In this document: piece after piece, positions 29,410 to 40,134 of the stretch
How positions within the stretch are numbered: position 1 is the stretch's first letter
Layout of the letters: each line of letters starts with the position of its first letter
Virus record (IMG/VR): IMGVR_UViG_3300027832_000014
Source of the DNA: an uncultured virus (IMG/VR IMGVR_UViG_3300027832_000014)
Taxonomy: Duplodnaviria > Heunggongvirae > Uroviricota > Caudoviricetes
Strand: one strand, 5' to 3'
DNA: 64,000 nucleotides
Made by a program: the position numbers and the translations under genes
The notes under the pieces: model-generated
What the model saw: the letters and a program-made list of their open reading frames with translations, nothing else
The model's database searches: none
What the model was told of the DNA's origin: nothing

Positions 29410-30105
29410 TCAGGCAATCCATCCGCGCGCTTTGGCGATGGCCTCGATCAGTGAGACCTTGGCGATACACTCAGAACGAAGGATGGGATCGTCGGCATGA
29501 GCGGCATCCCAATGCACCTTGGCTTCGTCGAGGGTGAACCAGCGACAGCCAGCGGCGATCATCGGCCCGGTGTCGTGCTGCACGGCAACGAATCGATAGC
29601 CGCGAGCGTCCTTCCCGGCGTCGATGATGGAATTACTGTGCAGGTTGGCACCATTCAGGTTGGCGCCGATCAGGTTGGCACCACTCAGGTCGGCACCACT
29701 CAGGTCGACGTAGAGCAGGTCGGCGCGCGAAAGGTTGGCATCGCTCAGGTGGGCACCATTCAGGTCGGCACAGATCAGGTTGGCACCACTCAGGTCGGCA
29801 CAGATCAGGTTGGCACAGATCAGGTTGGCGGCGCGCAGGTAGGCATCGCTCAGGTAGGCGCCGATCAGGTCGGCACAGATCAGGTTGGCCCCACTCAGGT
29901 CGGCACAGATCAGGTTGGCGCGCGAAAGGTTGGCGCGCGAAAGGTTGGCACAGCGCATGTCGGCGGCGCGCAGGTAGGCATCGCTCAGGTAGGCAAAGCG
30001 CAGATCGGCGCCGCTTTCGACTGCAAGCATCACGCATCGGCGCAGGTCATCGGTATCGGCCTCGAACAGGACCGCCTCAGTGAGAATGTGTTTGATCTGG
30101 TACAT
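29410..30105 (-). CDS. Pentapeptide-repeat protein
   Basis: More than 20 A(D/N)Lxx repeats; C-terminal AGCRWFTLDEAKVHW. Confidence 0.93.
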   Translation of the reverse strand: MYQIKHILTEAVLFEADTDDLRRCVMLAVESGADLRFAYLSDAYLRAADMRCANLSRANLSRANLICADLSGANLICADLIGAYLSDAYLRAANLICANLICADLSGANLICADLNGAHLSDANLSRADLLYVDLSGADLSGANLIGANLNGANLHSNSIIDAGKDARGYRFVAVQHDTGPMIAAGCRWFTLDEAKVHWDAAHADDPILRSECIAKVSLIEAIAKARGWIA

Positions 30106-31018
30106 GGTCGTCTCCTCTGGTTGTGCAGCCGTTCACCTAGCCCGCGCCCGCGGGCCTGCGAGAATCTCCACGAGGGCGGCGTCAGCGGAGACCCCGCGCA
30201 CGTTCGAGCACTCCTCGTTCACGTCAGCTATTGTCAGTCCTTTTTGCCCACATCTGATGCAGACCCCGACAAACTTCTGCCCTTTGCCTTTGGGGCTGGT
30301 GCGAATTATTGAATGAGCCTCAGACATCACTCGTCTTCTTCCATTCGGTTGAGTTCACACGCTCGGGGCAGGCGGCACATCGCGTCCCAGTAAAGGAGGG
30401 CACCAAGCACTTCCCACCTTCCGCGGACTTGCACACCATGTTAAAAGATCTGCCCTCAGGGGCAAACTTTACGGATCCCTGCATAACGTCCCCGTAGTTA
30501 TCAATCTTTTTGTCTTCGTTCATTTGATTATCTCCTGTGCAGTTTAAAAGAAAAACCCGAGGGGCCGGTTAAGACCCCTCGGGTACAGTTCTCCTAGTGG
30601 CGGACCATAAAGGCCTGCACAGTTTCCCTGTTTGGGGAACCAGTAACCTCGTTAACGGTGCCAAGCAAGATAGACAAGCGGTGCTCTCGTGTAGCCGCTT
30701 GCGCGTTGGTACCGTCAGGCAAGTCCCACAGGTGGCCACGTTGCGCTTGCAGTACATCCAGCTTGGTTTGTAACGCCAAGCCGTGGAAGTGGTTGGTGGC
30801 CACGTCTGCGATAGTTTGGGCTTTGAATTCGTTCCCAAGGCAATCGTAGTACGTGGTTACCTCATGTACTTCTCTTTTCTCCATATACCCCTCCAGTGAG
30901 TTACGTGATGCGTTAATGCACCTAAACAATGTTAGCAAGGGGAGACGGGGGGGCCACGTTCGTTGTGGCCCCCCCCGTAAAATGTACCCCCGGACATCCA
31001 TGCTGGACATCCATCAGC

Positions 31019-31507
31019 TCACTTTAGCCAGTACCGCGGATTCTTTTTGGTACCAGCTTCCGAGAACTCAAAGCCGTACTTGACTCCAAGATCCATAACA
31101 CGAGTCCGCCAGCCAACCCGGTTGCCCGTAGCTTGGTCAAGGTCGTCCTTGGTAGCCCCCTCGGCCGCGCGACATAGGTCAAAGACCAGTCTCATTTTGG
31201 ACCCAACCTTGGGGCCATCACCTTTTGGTTTGTCATCGAGGCTGGGTCGCTTTGGTTTGGCAACCACGGTCGCTTTGGCAGGCAGGACCTTTTCGGCTTG
31301 TAGTCGTGGCCGTTTCGCCCCTGCCTCAACAGGCCGTACCGGATTGGCAATGTGCCCGAACTTCTGCCAAGAGAAGTTCTTGTCCAGTACATGGTAGCAC
31401 ACCAAAAAAAAGGAACCTTCGCAGGTATGGTGTTTTCTTTCTTCACCAAAGTGTTGGTTCCCTGCAAAAACAGCTTCTTCTTTTGTTATGTAACGGGTTT
31501 CTTCCAT
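31019..31507 (-). CDS. Protein with C-terminal winged-helix (DUF3489-like)
   Basis: GSKMRLVFDLCRAAEGATKDDLDQATG. Confidence 0.6.
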   Translation of the reverse strand: MEETRYITKEEAVFAGNQHFGEERKHHTCEGSFFLVCYHVLDKNFSWQKFGHIANPVRPVEAGAKRPRLQAEKVLPAKATVVAKPKRPSLDDKPKGDGPKVGSKMRLVFDLCRAAEGATKDDLDQATGNRVGWRTRVMDLGVKYGFEFSEAGTKKNPRYWLK

Positions 31508-31579
31508 TAGTTTCTCCTCTAGTTTTTTTATCGATCAGACCTTTTCAGATTCTATATATACAAAGGGATTCCCCGGTAG

Positions 31580-32428
31580 CTATATCGAATGGCTTAATGC
31601 TTCTTTCGCAGCTTGATTAAGATTTTCCAACAAGTCATGGGAATAGTTCAAACCAAACAACGAGGACGTCGAAAGCCACTTGCTCACTTCCAATAGTTTC
31701 TCGGAGAGGGTGTTCCCTTGCGGTTCTACCGACTCGCTTGGCGTACGTTTCCCGTGTAGGTATGAAATACCACTAAAAGAGCACAGGTGGTATGCGTGCC
31801 CTTCTATTGTGCAGCAGTCCTCTTCTTGCGTTTCAAGGAACCTATTCGATTGTTTTCTTTGGGAAAACGTACCGAACAACGGTTGCCCCGTTTCAAAGAA
31901 AAACAAATTATCAATTTCCTGCGGGGTTAAGTCTGTTTCCTTACCTGCCTTCCTACCGGCGTGATGTAGTAAAGGAATACGCGGGTATTCTCCGTGTTGC
32001 ACAATCAATTCTTTTTGAATGGGCTTGGTAACAAACCCTCGGAAAGTTTCATCGTGTTCCACAGTAACGCGCACTTGACAGGCAAAAGCAAGAAGTCTTA
32101 CCAAAACAGGCGGAGAGGCAGTGGCCCCGATTGTAGAGGGACTTGATACAGGCAAAGCTCTTTTTCTTACTTGGAAAGTTTTCTCTTCTTTTCTCATTAA
32201 GAATTTTTTTAGAAACTTCTTTTCTGTTAGGACTTCTCCGTCGCGCTGCAATAGTAGGTGGAACGCGTTTAGCTGATATTTTTTTGGCGACTCAGTAGGC
32301 GAGGTGTATTTTTCAACGTCGGAAAGATGCGGAACTAGGTTAAACATCATTCCTCTGTATAGAAAGCCTTTGTAGACAGCGCTCACACTTGGTTGGTAAG
32401 AGACCCCGCGCGTAAGTTGCTCAAACAT
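31580..32428 (-). CDS. Hypothetical protein (AT-rich)
   Basis: 282-aa ORF. Confidence 0.6.
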   Translation of the reverse strand: MFEQLTRGVSYQPSVSAVYKGFLYRGMMFNLVPHLSDVEKYTSPTESPKKYQLNAFHLLLQRDGEVLTEKKFLKKFLMRKEEKTFQVRKRALPVSSPSTIGATASPPVLVRLLAFACQVRVTVEHDETFRGFVTKPIQKELIVQHGEYPRIPLLHHAGRKAGKETDLTPQEIDNLFFFETGQPLFGTFSQRKQSNRFLETQEEDCCTIEGHAYHLCSFSGISYLHGKRTPSESVEPQGNTLSEKLLEVSKWLSTSSLFGLNYSHDLLENLNQAAKEALSHSI

Positions 32429-32815
32429 GCTGTTACTCGTTCCTTGCGGAGGGCAACGGGGGTTTATTGGAAGGTGTGGTCATATGCGTATCGGGGAGCA
32501 TGCCATACAGGTTTTGAAGGTCCTGCATCAAAGATGCACAGCTTTCTTTATCCAAGGGGATGGATAGAGACGCTGGTGCTGCTTTGCCATAGAAAAGACT
32601 TCTACTAAGGTACTGCTCGGTAATGGACAGCTTCCCTTGATTAAGAGAGTCTTTGGATACACTCCAAGTGTACTCGTAGGATGGCTTTTGGTTGTGTCGC
32701 GCAAACATGGTGGTGTAGGACGCGGGCTGCTTACTAGGCATTATCTCCTCCAATAGTAGTTTTTATTACTAAAAGAAGGGAGGGGCGCTAACCCCTCCCC
32801 CTAAGCGCGGGTCGC

Positions 32816-34162
32816 CTAAAAACCTTGCGACCGCAAGTCATCCATGTCAACCTTCATCACCTGCCCCCAAGGCACCTTGTCCTGGTCCGTAGTGCTGGCC
32901 CAAAGGACGGGGTACTTGGGTTCCGGCCCGAAGTCGTGGACATACAGGTCGGTAAGGAAGATGGCACAGTGGATGTCCAACCGCATTTCCGCGACGCTGT
33001 GAAAAATACTGGAGAACGCCGTTCCACCGCCACCAACCTTGTGGAGCGTGATGGGCAACTCGTCCGCATCAAAGGTATCGTGCCTCTGCAACTGTGTGTC
33101 TCCGTAGAAGACATGGCAGGTGCTAGGCCGCACCTCTTCCAGGATGTTGCTGATGATACCACCAAACACCTTGAGCTCTTCCGGCCCAATGCTGCCACTG
33201 GTATCAACGAACACAGCCATTTCACCCATCTTGCCCTCGGAGTCGAGGGTGGGCAAGTAGAAGCCGTGGTTCAACATGTACCTGTCGGGGGACATCCAAT
33301 TGTAGTCATCCATTGCCTGCTCGGTAAAGAACCGGCGAAGGATATCCTTCCAGTCGATGCGCGGGTGGAGGAAGTCGTTAATGAGTTCTTCCACGCCCGC
33401 AGGTACATCGCCAGCCGACTTTGCCGCGTGGTAAGCGCCCGCAAGAGCGCCCTTCCACTTGTCCCGCAGTACTTCCCCCAACTGTTGTGGAGTAAGGCCC
33501 GCGTCGTCGTCCCTGTGGTTGTTGGTGGTATCACTTGGCTTGCCAACCGACCCCGCAGGAAGGATGTCCTTGTTGTCCCCGAGGGCTTTTCCATAGCCAC
33601 CTTTGTTGGACGGCTTGCCCTTGCCTTTCCCGGGCTGTCCGGGTCCACCTTGGCCTTGTCCGTCCTCGTCGGCGGAACCTTCGTCGTCCCCTTCTGCACC
33701 GCTACCCTGTTCAGGTGGCGGGGGGTCAGGCAACATCTTGTAGACAGTGTCCGCGTTCATGCCCTCGTACTTGCTATCCAGCAAGCCACCTTGGGGCATG
33801 GTCATCGAACGCTGTTTCGACAAGATAAGGTTGATAACGTAGTCACAAGCGACGTTCCACTTGTCCGGCTCGCGTTCTCCAGTTCGGGCAATGTGGTCGA
33901 GTGCACAGTGGAAGGTCTGGTGCGCCACGAGGAAAACCTTTTCCTGCTTGGAAAGGCTGTCCCAAAAGTCGGGGTTAACAACGATGTACACCCCGTCCGT
34001 AGCCGCCGTGGGGATAATCCACTGGTGAATTCCCTCGGCAACCTTCAGCCGCAGATTCATGGCCAACTGCCCAAAGAAAGGATGGGCAAGCAGCATGAAG
34101 CTACGGCACTTTCGCAGGTCATCGAGCGTGGCCTGCTCTCGGGCTTTATTTACTTCGTGCAT
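32816..34162 (-). CDS. DUF2201-like metallopeptidase-fold plus VWA-like domain protein
   Basis: TAATDG, AHQTFH, WNVACDYVIN, VDTSGS, GGGGTAF, FLTD. Confidence 0.88.
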   Translation of the reverse strand: MHEVNKAREQATLDDLRKCRSFMLLAHPFFGQLAMNLRLKVAEGIHQWIIPTAATDGVYIVVNPDFWDSLSKQEKVFLVAHQTFHCALDHIARTGEREPDKWNVACDYVINLILSKQRSMTMPQGGLLDSKYEGMNADTVYKMLPDPPPPEQGSGAEGDDEGSADEDGQGQGGPGQPGKGKGKPSNKGGYGKALGDNKDILPAGSVGKPSDTTNNHRDDDAGLTPQQLGEVLRDKWKGALAGAYHAAKSAGDVPAGVEELINDFLHPRIDWKDILRRFFTEQAMDDYNWMSPDRYMLNHGFYLPTLDSEGKMGEMAVFVDTSGSIGPEELKVFGGIISNILEEVRPSTCHVFYGDTQLQRHDTFDADELPITLHKVGGGGTAFSSIFHSVAEMRLDIHCAIFLTDLYVHDFGPEPKYPVLWASTTDQDKVPWGQVMKVDMDDLRSQGF

Positions 34163-34253
34163 TTGTTTAATCTCCTCCAAGTTAGTGCAGTGTCACAAAG
34201 TGACTAAGAAAGGGTAGGGGCTTTCGCCCCTACCCCGCTGGAAACCCAGCTAC

Positions 34254-35393
34254 TTACGACGCAGCCTGCTCACCACGGTCAATGTCCGCCTCGGAAACGT
34301 CCGAGGCGGGCACATAGCTGTCGACAGGGGCGGTTTCGTCCGCCACACTGCTACCCGAACCGCCCGTGGTCGACACAGGCGACTGGTTGCCCTTCTTACG
34401 GGGCTGCTTGACCAGCTTGACCACAGGCTTCTTCTTGGGAGCAGCACCCTTCTGCGCCGCCACCTTTTCCACAGCCGCCGCCTTCTTGTCGGCCTTGGCG
34501 ACGTTGGCCTTCTTCTTCTCGTTCTCACGGGAAGGCATACCGGCCTTGGAACGCGCCGTCTTGGAAAGCTCTTTCAAGCCCTTCAAGGTAGCGCCGCGCA
34601 CCACAGTATCGCCGCGGATGGACTCAATGTCAGGCTTCAGCACGTCCTTGAACTGCTTCAGCATGTCGTTGAGTTCCGTGTCGTTGAGAACGTTCAGGGT
34701 CTCCATCGACGCCAAGGTGGCCTTCACACGACCAACAAGGCGTTCCTGCAAAGAACGGTCGGGGTCCTCGACGCGCTCCAAGAGGAGCTCGGCGTTTTCC
34801 ACGACACGTTCCCACAGGTCGGTGGCAACACTCTTCACCACCGTGCGCATGGCTTCTTCTCCCTGTGCGATCAACGCATCGCGCGATTCCGCCGACACCT
34901 TGCACCGGAAGTCGGTAGCAGGGTTGGGGACGGGAAGAAAGCGCACGTCAACCGCAAAACGGGAACCCAGCCGCTCCGACGAGGGGTAGTCTTCCTCGCG
35001 GAACAGAAGTCCCAACTCTTCCCGGGCCTTCTCACGAACGCCCGTGTAGTCCGCCACGAACAGCTTTGCGGCCTTCATCGCTTTGACGCGCATACTGGCC
35101 ATTTCCTTGTTGTAGTTATCCATGGCCTCCACGGGCAGAAGACGCAAGCCCGTGTCGAGCCACGGCAACGTGGCGTCGAGGTGGAAGGTGCGAATCTGGC
35201 TCACCATCTTGTAGAAAGTGGCATGGTGCTCGTTAGCAACCAGCCGCTTGATGAACCGGCCAGCCGAACGCTTGGCATGGCTGTCCGTGGTAACCTTGGA
35301 CGCCGTCGCCTTGTCATTCTTCTCGCCCTTCCAGCCGCCGATGAAAAGCTTCACAACGACGGCATTTTCCTCAATGAGGGAAGTGGTATTCAT
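34254..35393 (-). CDS. DUF3150-like protein
   Basis: TLPWLDTGLRLLP, LFREEDYPS; lies between the MoxR and VWA genes. Confidence 0.65.
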   Translation of the reverse strand: MNTTSLIEENAVVVKLFIGGWKGEKNDKATASKVTTDSHAKRSAGRFIKRLVANEHHATFYKMVSQIRTFHLDATLPWLDTGLRLLPVEAMDNYNKEMASMRVKAMKAAKLFVADYTGVREKAREELGLLFREEDYPSSERLGSRFAVDVRFLPVPNPATDFRCKVSAESRDALIAQGEEAMRTVVKSVATDLWERVVENAELLLERVEDPDRSLQERLVGRVKATLASMETLNVLNDTELNDMLKQFKDVLKPDIESIRGDTVVRGATLKGLKELSKTARSKAGMPSRENEKKKANVAKADKKAAAVEKVAAQKGAAPKKKPVVKLVKQPRKKGNQSPVSTTGGSGSSVADETAPVDSYVPASDVSEADIDRGEQAAS

Positions 35394-35476
35394 AACGTAC
35401 TCCTCCAATAGTTCGCAGTGGTCACATTATTATGACCTAAGTAGCGGGAGGCCCGAAGGCCCCCCGCCAATGGCAG

Positions 35477-36502
35477 TTACGACGCCCAATCCAGGCGCAC
35501 GTTGTTTTCATTCACCCAATCCAAGAACGCACGAGTGGCGACGAGCTTGTTGTTCCGCCTGCCAATCATCCGCATGGCCATGGTACCAAAGTCCACGCCA
35601 ATCTCGTCCCGGTCGATCAGCTTAACGAAATTGCTGATCGTGTTCTTGTCCACGACGCGAGAAACCGCCGTAACCAGAGCATAGGTGTAGGACACATTGT
35701 CGGCGTCCAGCTGCACCTTCATGGGGTCTGCCAGCACCTTCCTGGGATCAGGCAGCTTAGCCACCATATCCAAGAAGTGGCAGAACTCCACGGCAAAGCC
35801 GTCACCAGCCGCGCCACGAATCATCTCATTGCGGATGTGGGTAGGAAGATCCATCCGCGCGATACGCGCCGCAGCTTCCACGGTGCGGGGCACCGGGGAG
35901 TTGACTTCCACATCGGCCGTGGGCTGGAAGTCAAACAACAGGGCGGGGCGAAACTTGATGAACGCCGCCATGTCGTCGTAGCCCGCGTCGATCGCCCAAT
36001 CGCACCACTCCTGCACGCTAACCTCAAGCGTGAAGATGGTGGTGAAACGGGACTTAACAGGCTCAAGCAGCCCGCCAACGCCCGCCTTGTCCTTGCGGCC
36101 ATTGGTAGCGGCCATGAACGTAACGCAGTCAGGGACCACATACTCGTCCAAGCGCCGCTCCAACAGAAGCTGCATACATGCAGCCTGCGTGGACGGAGCC
36201 GCCTGCCCGAGATCATCCAGGAAGAACACGGTCGGCTCAGTAGCGGCCAACATGTCCCTCAAGGCCCCAATGGGCAGGAACTCTGCGCGGTATTCGTCGC
36301 CGTCCTTAATCGTGGACGGCATACCGCGGAAGTCGATCGGCTGCGACACAACGGGGTGGGTGATGATCAGGTCGTAGTCTGCAGCATCTGCCGCCATTTT
36401 GATCAACGAAGTCTTTCCCACTCCCGGGGGGCCAACCAGCAAGGCAGGCTCCCGGTTTGCAATGAGTGCCGTCAGCGCAATAACAGTGCTTTTCGGATGC
36501 AT
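35477..36502 (-). CDS. MoxR-like AAA+ ATPase
   Basis: GPPGVGKT, DFRGMP, FLDDL, AATN, SRF, PRT. Confidence 0.88.
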   Translation of the reverse strand: MHPKSTVIALTALIANREPALLVGPPGVGKTSLIKMAADAADYDLIITHPVVSQPIDFRGMPSTIKDGDEYRAEFLPIGALRDMLAATEPTVFFLDDLGQAAPSTQAACMQLLLERRLDEYVVPDCVTFMAATNGRKDKAGVGGLLEPVKSRFTTIFTLEVSVQEWCDWAIDAGYDDMAAFIKFRPALLFDFQPTADVEVNSPVPRTVEAAARIARMDLPTHIRNEMIRGAAGDGFAVEFCHFLDMVAKLPDPRKVLADPMKVQLDADNVSYTYALVTAVSRVVDKNTISNFVKLIDRDEIGVDFGTMAMRMIGRRNNKLVATRAFLDWVNENNVRLDWAS

Positions 36503-36800
36503 TTTTAAGTACTCCTCCAGTTTGCAGTTTTTGTCCAATATGGACTAAATAATACCAGCCAACAAAAGAGAGTAGCAGGGGGCCGGAGCCCCCTGCTATC
36601 TTCATGGTGCGTAAGAACCACCAATAAGTCCGTCGGAACCGGCTCTTGGGGTAGGATCCTCGTTTGGGAACGAACTTTGCGGCGGCTCCATGTCAAAGGC
36701 ACAAGAGCCAAAGACAGGCAGCATCACAAAGGCGAAGAACCAAAAGAAAACCATTCCCCCAACGAACCGCGATCCGTACTTAAACATTGTTTTCATAGTA

Positions 36801-37208
36801 CTACAACCGCGGTCTTTTCTTTGCCGCTTTCTTGGGGCTGTGCATTTCTGATTGTTTCTGGCGAACGTCTTTTGCGTTCTCACCAGAAGGGGCCGTTATC
36901 ATAACGTTACGGGTGCCTTCCAAAAGGTACTTCCTTAAGGTAATTTTCTTCTCGGCATCGGCCCGCAGGTTTTTCTGGTCGACCCATCTCCACGGTTCCT
37001 GCATCCAAGTAGCACTAATTGCGCTACCCTTCAGCATCCGTGCTCTTGTCGCCGTCGGTGGTTTCTTCATTCGCCTAGTGATCTCGACTTTCATGGCTTC
37101 CGCCTGCGACGTCAACGCTTTAACCCGCGCTTTCATTGCATGGAAGCCATCAACGAGGTCCCCATCCGAAAGATTAGCCAAATCCACGGCTTTCTTTTTC
37201 GTTGGCAT
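36801..37208 (-). CDS. Hypothetical basic protein
   Basis: Starts directly after a leader repeat. Confidence 0.7.
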   Translation of the reverse strand: MPTKKKAVDLANLSDGDLVDGFHAMKARVKALTSQAEAMKVEITRRMKKPPTATRARMLKGSAISATWMQEPWRWVDQKNLRADAEKKITLRKYLLEGTRNVMITAPSGENAKDVRQKQSEMHSPKKAAKKRPRL

Positions 37209-37244
37209 TGGTACTCCTCCAGTTAGTGCAGTGTCACAAAGTGA

Positions 37245-37694
37245 CTAAGTAATGTTCTGTTCTAGCATAGAAAACAACCAAGTACGAAAGTGCTCATAAC
37301 CACCGGGGGAGAGTACGTTCCAGTAGGTAGGCAGTTCATCCCCGGCGTCCATGGTAAGAATGTAAAACCTATCATTAAAGAACTCTTTCTTACCAAGGTA
37401 CAGGTTAAAGGACAACACCGCGTCCTTATCCATGGTCTTAGGCGATACGGTAACGCTGCCCAAACAAACACAGGGAATTACCTTGTTTTCCAATATGTGT
37501 ACGGTAGTTACATTCTTATTTGTGAACACCCCGTAAGTGCTAAGAAACTTTTTAAGGTAAGTAGTGCTGGACCAATGCTGTGTAAGTTCTTGCGTAGCAA
37601 TTTCTACGTCCAAGCTGTACAAGAACAATTTACCGGCAAAGGTGACGTAAAAGTCCACGTCGGTAGTCTCAGCATCAAGTATAGCCATAACCAA
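37245..37694 (-). CDS. Hypothetical protein
   Basis: 149-aa ORF. Confidence 0.55.
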   Translation of the reverse strand: MVMAILDAETTDVDFYVTFAGKLFLYSLDVEIATQELTQHWSSTTYLKKFLSTYGVFTNKNVTTVHILENKVIPCVCLGSVTVSPKTMDKDAVLSFNLYLGKKEFFNDRFYILTMDAGDELPTYWNVLSPGGYEHFRTWLFSMLEQNIT

Positions 37695-37871
37695 CCCCTA
37701 GCGTAAGGACCATTTAAAGCCGACAGGCTAGCCTCAGTTAACCATACAGTGACCAGCGCCACCATAGTCAACCAAGGGGCCACTCGTCGGCTTGTATGGT
37801 TGTTGTCCCCTCCGTAGCAGTGTACCAAAGAAAGGTAATAAAGGGAGGGGCACCATTGTACCCCTCCCAAA

Positions 37872-38189
37872 TCATGCGCCAACCCCGCTTTGCAGGGCGA
37901 ACGCAATTTCTTTATCAGCCACCATGGATAATGCCTTTATGGTGCCAAGTTCCACGCGGACGATTTGTTCGTCTTTTGTGGTAACATCTGCCTTGTAGCG
38001 AACGCCCGGAGTAAAGTGGTGTTTCTCCGGGTTAACACGCATACGAAAGGCATTTCCCAGCATCTGCCCGACGTTGTCCGGCTCTGCGTTAAGGCAAGGG
38101 CAGGGCCAGAAAACAGTTTCGCCCGTTCGGGCGCTGTAATGGACAACTACGAAGTGGGAAACCGTGGTACGTTCGATGAAAGCGGACAT
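37872..38189 (-). CDS. Hypothetical protein
   Basis: 105-aa ORF. Confidence 0.6.
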   Translation of the reverse strand: MSAFIERTTVSHFVVVHYSARTGETVFWPCPCLNAEPDNVGQMLGNAFRMRVNPEKHHFTPGVRYKADVTTKDEQIVRVELGTIKALSMVADKEIAFALQSGVGA

Positions 38190-38207
38190 TGTGTGCCCTT
38201 TCTTGTT

Positions 38208-38498
38208 CTACTTAAGCACAAGACCCAAGTTAGCGGACTTGTGCGTGGTTTCCGAAATGACGCTCCACACATTGTTCGGGGCAATCATGCGCACCTGAAT
38301 GGCAAGGTAGCCGTCACCGTCATTGCGCTCCGGGTCGCAGTGAAACACAATGATTGCGGTGTTGGTAGTCTGCGTCCAACAGAAAGCGCAGTGCTTGTTG
38401 AACGGAAGGTAGCCATACTGGCTGCTCTTCCATGCGGTGTAGGCCCGCTCAATGCTGCACATGATGTTGTCATTGTTGGAATGTAACAAGTTTTCCAT
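38208..38498 (-). CDS. Hypothetical protein
   Basis: Follows a leader repeat. Confidence 0.65.
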   Translation of the reverse strand: MENLLHSNNDNIMCSIERAYTAWKSSQYGYLPFNKHCAFCWTQTTNTAIIVFHCDPERNDGDGYLAIQVRMIAPNNVWSVISETTHKSANLGLVLK

Positions 38499-38577
38499 TG
38501 TAGTATCTCCTCCAATAGTTGCAGTGACACAAGATAAAGTGTCTAAAGGGCGGGGCTGTTACACCCCACCCAAATTC

Positions 38578-39063
38578 TCATTCGGTAACGGTAGGCTCTA
38601 GCAAGCGATAGACGTAGCGAGCCGCATGTCTGTGGAACTTTTGCGTGTTTTGCAGGTTTTCAGTTGCCCATGCAAGCAAACATCCTCTGGCATCCTCAAA
38701 GTCGGCCACAGGCTCACCCCACATGTAAACATCAAACGTCTCCGCTTCCACTGTAACCCGGTACTTGAAGTTTGCTCCGGGAGTGGGAAGAAGTATGTGC
38801 AAGAACACATACCACGTATGTTCGTCTTCTTCCTCACCAAACAGTTCAACGAACAGGAGTTCGTCATCTGGCTTCTCAACAGCCATGGCGTTTTCGATGG
38901 GTGTTTCGGTTACCTTACCTTTCCCAAGGAACTGTTCGGCCAGTTGTAGCAGTTTCTTCTCCGCCTCGGACTTGTTCCAAACCGGGGAAGTAACTATCGT
39001 GTTGCTGTTGGTCAGCCATGTCTTCCTCTTCGTCTTCCTCGTCTTCGTCCATGTCTTTGTCAT
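38578..39063 (-). CDS. Hypothetical protein
   Basis: 161-aa ORF; start uncertain. Confidence 0.6.
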   Translation of the reverse strand: MTKTWTKTRKTKRKTWLTNSNTIVTSPVWNKSEAEKKLLQLAEQFLGKGKVTETPIENAMAVEKPDDELLFVELFGEEEDEHTWYVFLHILLPTPGANFKYRVTVEAETFDVYMWGEPVADFEDARGCLLAWATENLQNTQKFHRHAARYVYRLLEPTVTE

Positions 39064-39066
39064 GGC

Positions 39067-39360
39067 TTACATCACAGCCGCTTCGCTGAAGCTGTACTCC
39101 AACGTCTTCTGGCACTTATTACACCAGATGAATTCTTCGCCGCGGTACAGTTCTTCTGTCTCCTCAGTGGGGCCGTCCTTGGTGAAGGTCACCAAGAAGT
39201 AGGCAGGCTCTTCCACCAAGTAGTTGTTGGCATGTTCCGAAGCGCGAAACAGCGCACCCATGAGGCTGGATTCGGGTTCGTCCCCGTCAGCCATGACCTG
39301 AATGGTTTCAGTGCTGAGATGCACCTCTTCCAAGTCTTCCAATTTGGGAAGTTTTTCCAC
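39067..39360 (-). CDS. Acidic hypothetical protein
   Basis: Follows the degenerate leader repeat. Confidence 0.65.
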   Translation of the reverse strand: MEKLPKLEDLEEVHLSTETIQVMADGDEPESSLMGALFRASEHANNYLVEEPAYFLVTFTKDGPTEETEELYRGEEFIWCNKCQKTLEYSFSEAAVM

Positions 39361-39523
39361 TAATTTCTCCTCCAGTTGGTTGCAATGAGATACTTAGCCA
39401 AGCATCCCGGTAACCTCTAGGCGCAAGCGCACCTAGAGGAAACCGGGCCGCTCCACTACGAGTGAGTGTAGCCGTCCTTTTCGCTATATACGTATGGGGT
39501 TCAGTCTCGAGATCAGCCCCTTC

Positions 39524-40057
39524 CTACTTCAGCGAGACTTCCATGGGGCCAGCGAGGAAGGTCGCCAGTACCAAGAGCGGAAGTGCTTCCGCTTCGCTAC
39601 CATGTGCCGCCAGTTCCTTAATGAAAGGGGACGGCGGGAAGGGGCACACCTCGGCTTGCATAAAGACGAGGTCGCCTTCCTTGGTAGCCAAGGTAACACT
39701 TCCATGGAAGCACCCGACGCCGTCCTTCTGCGTCAGGCTGTACCACAGGTGACCCTTTCTCAGTTCCAGTTCGCCGCGGACGTCTTCGTCCCCAAGCAAA
39801 CCCAACTTGTCCAAGCCAAACCAAGATACCATGGTGTGGATGTGGAAGTTGTCGTTGGGCAGTTCTTCAAACTGCTCAGCGGCTTCAAACCACATTTGTT
39901 CCATTTCCTCTTGGTAGCCCACAAGGTAGACACCACACACCGCGAAGTCCACACGGAAAGAAAGCATGTTGCCTCCATTTCGCGCAGCCTGCGCCATGAG
40001 TTTTCCGTGTTCCACGCCAATGTCACCACTGACGTTTGGTACCGGGGTAAACTTCAT
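39524..40057 (-). CDS. Hypothetical protein
   Basis: Follows a leader repeat. Confidence 0.7.
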   Translation of the reverse strand: MKFTPVPNVSGDIGVEHGKLMAQAARNGGNMLSFRVDFAVCGVYLVGYQEEMEQMWFEAAEQFEELPNDNFHIHTMVSWFGLDKLGLLGDEDVRGELELRKGHLWYSLTQKDGVGCFHGSVTLATKEGDLVFMQAEVCPFPPSPFIKELAAHGSEAEALPLLVLATFLAGPMEVSLK

Positions 40058-40134
40058 TTATTATCTCCTCCAGTTTGCAGTTTGGCAGGTAAATTGCCTA
40101 AGTGCAGGGGGTTTTGAGGCCCCCTGCACAATTC

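Noticed and set aside
29497..30312. Repetitive plus-strand ORF
   Set aside because: Antisense of the pentapeptide-repeat gene.
32825..34207. 460-aa plus-strand ORF
   Set aside because: Antisense shadow of the GC3-rich VWA gene.
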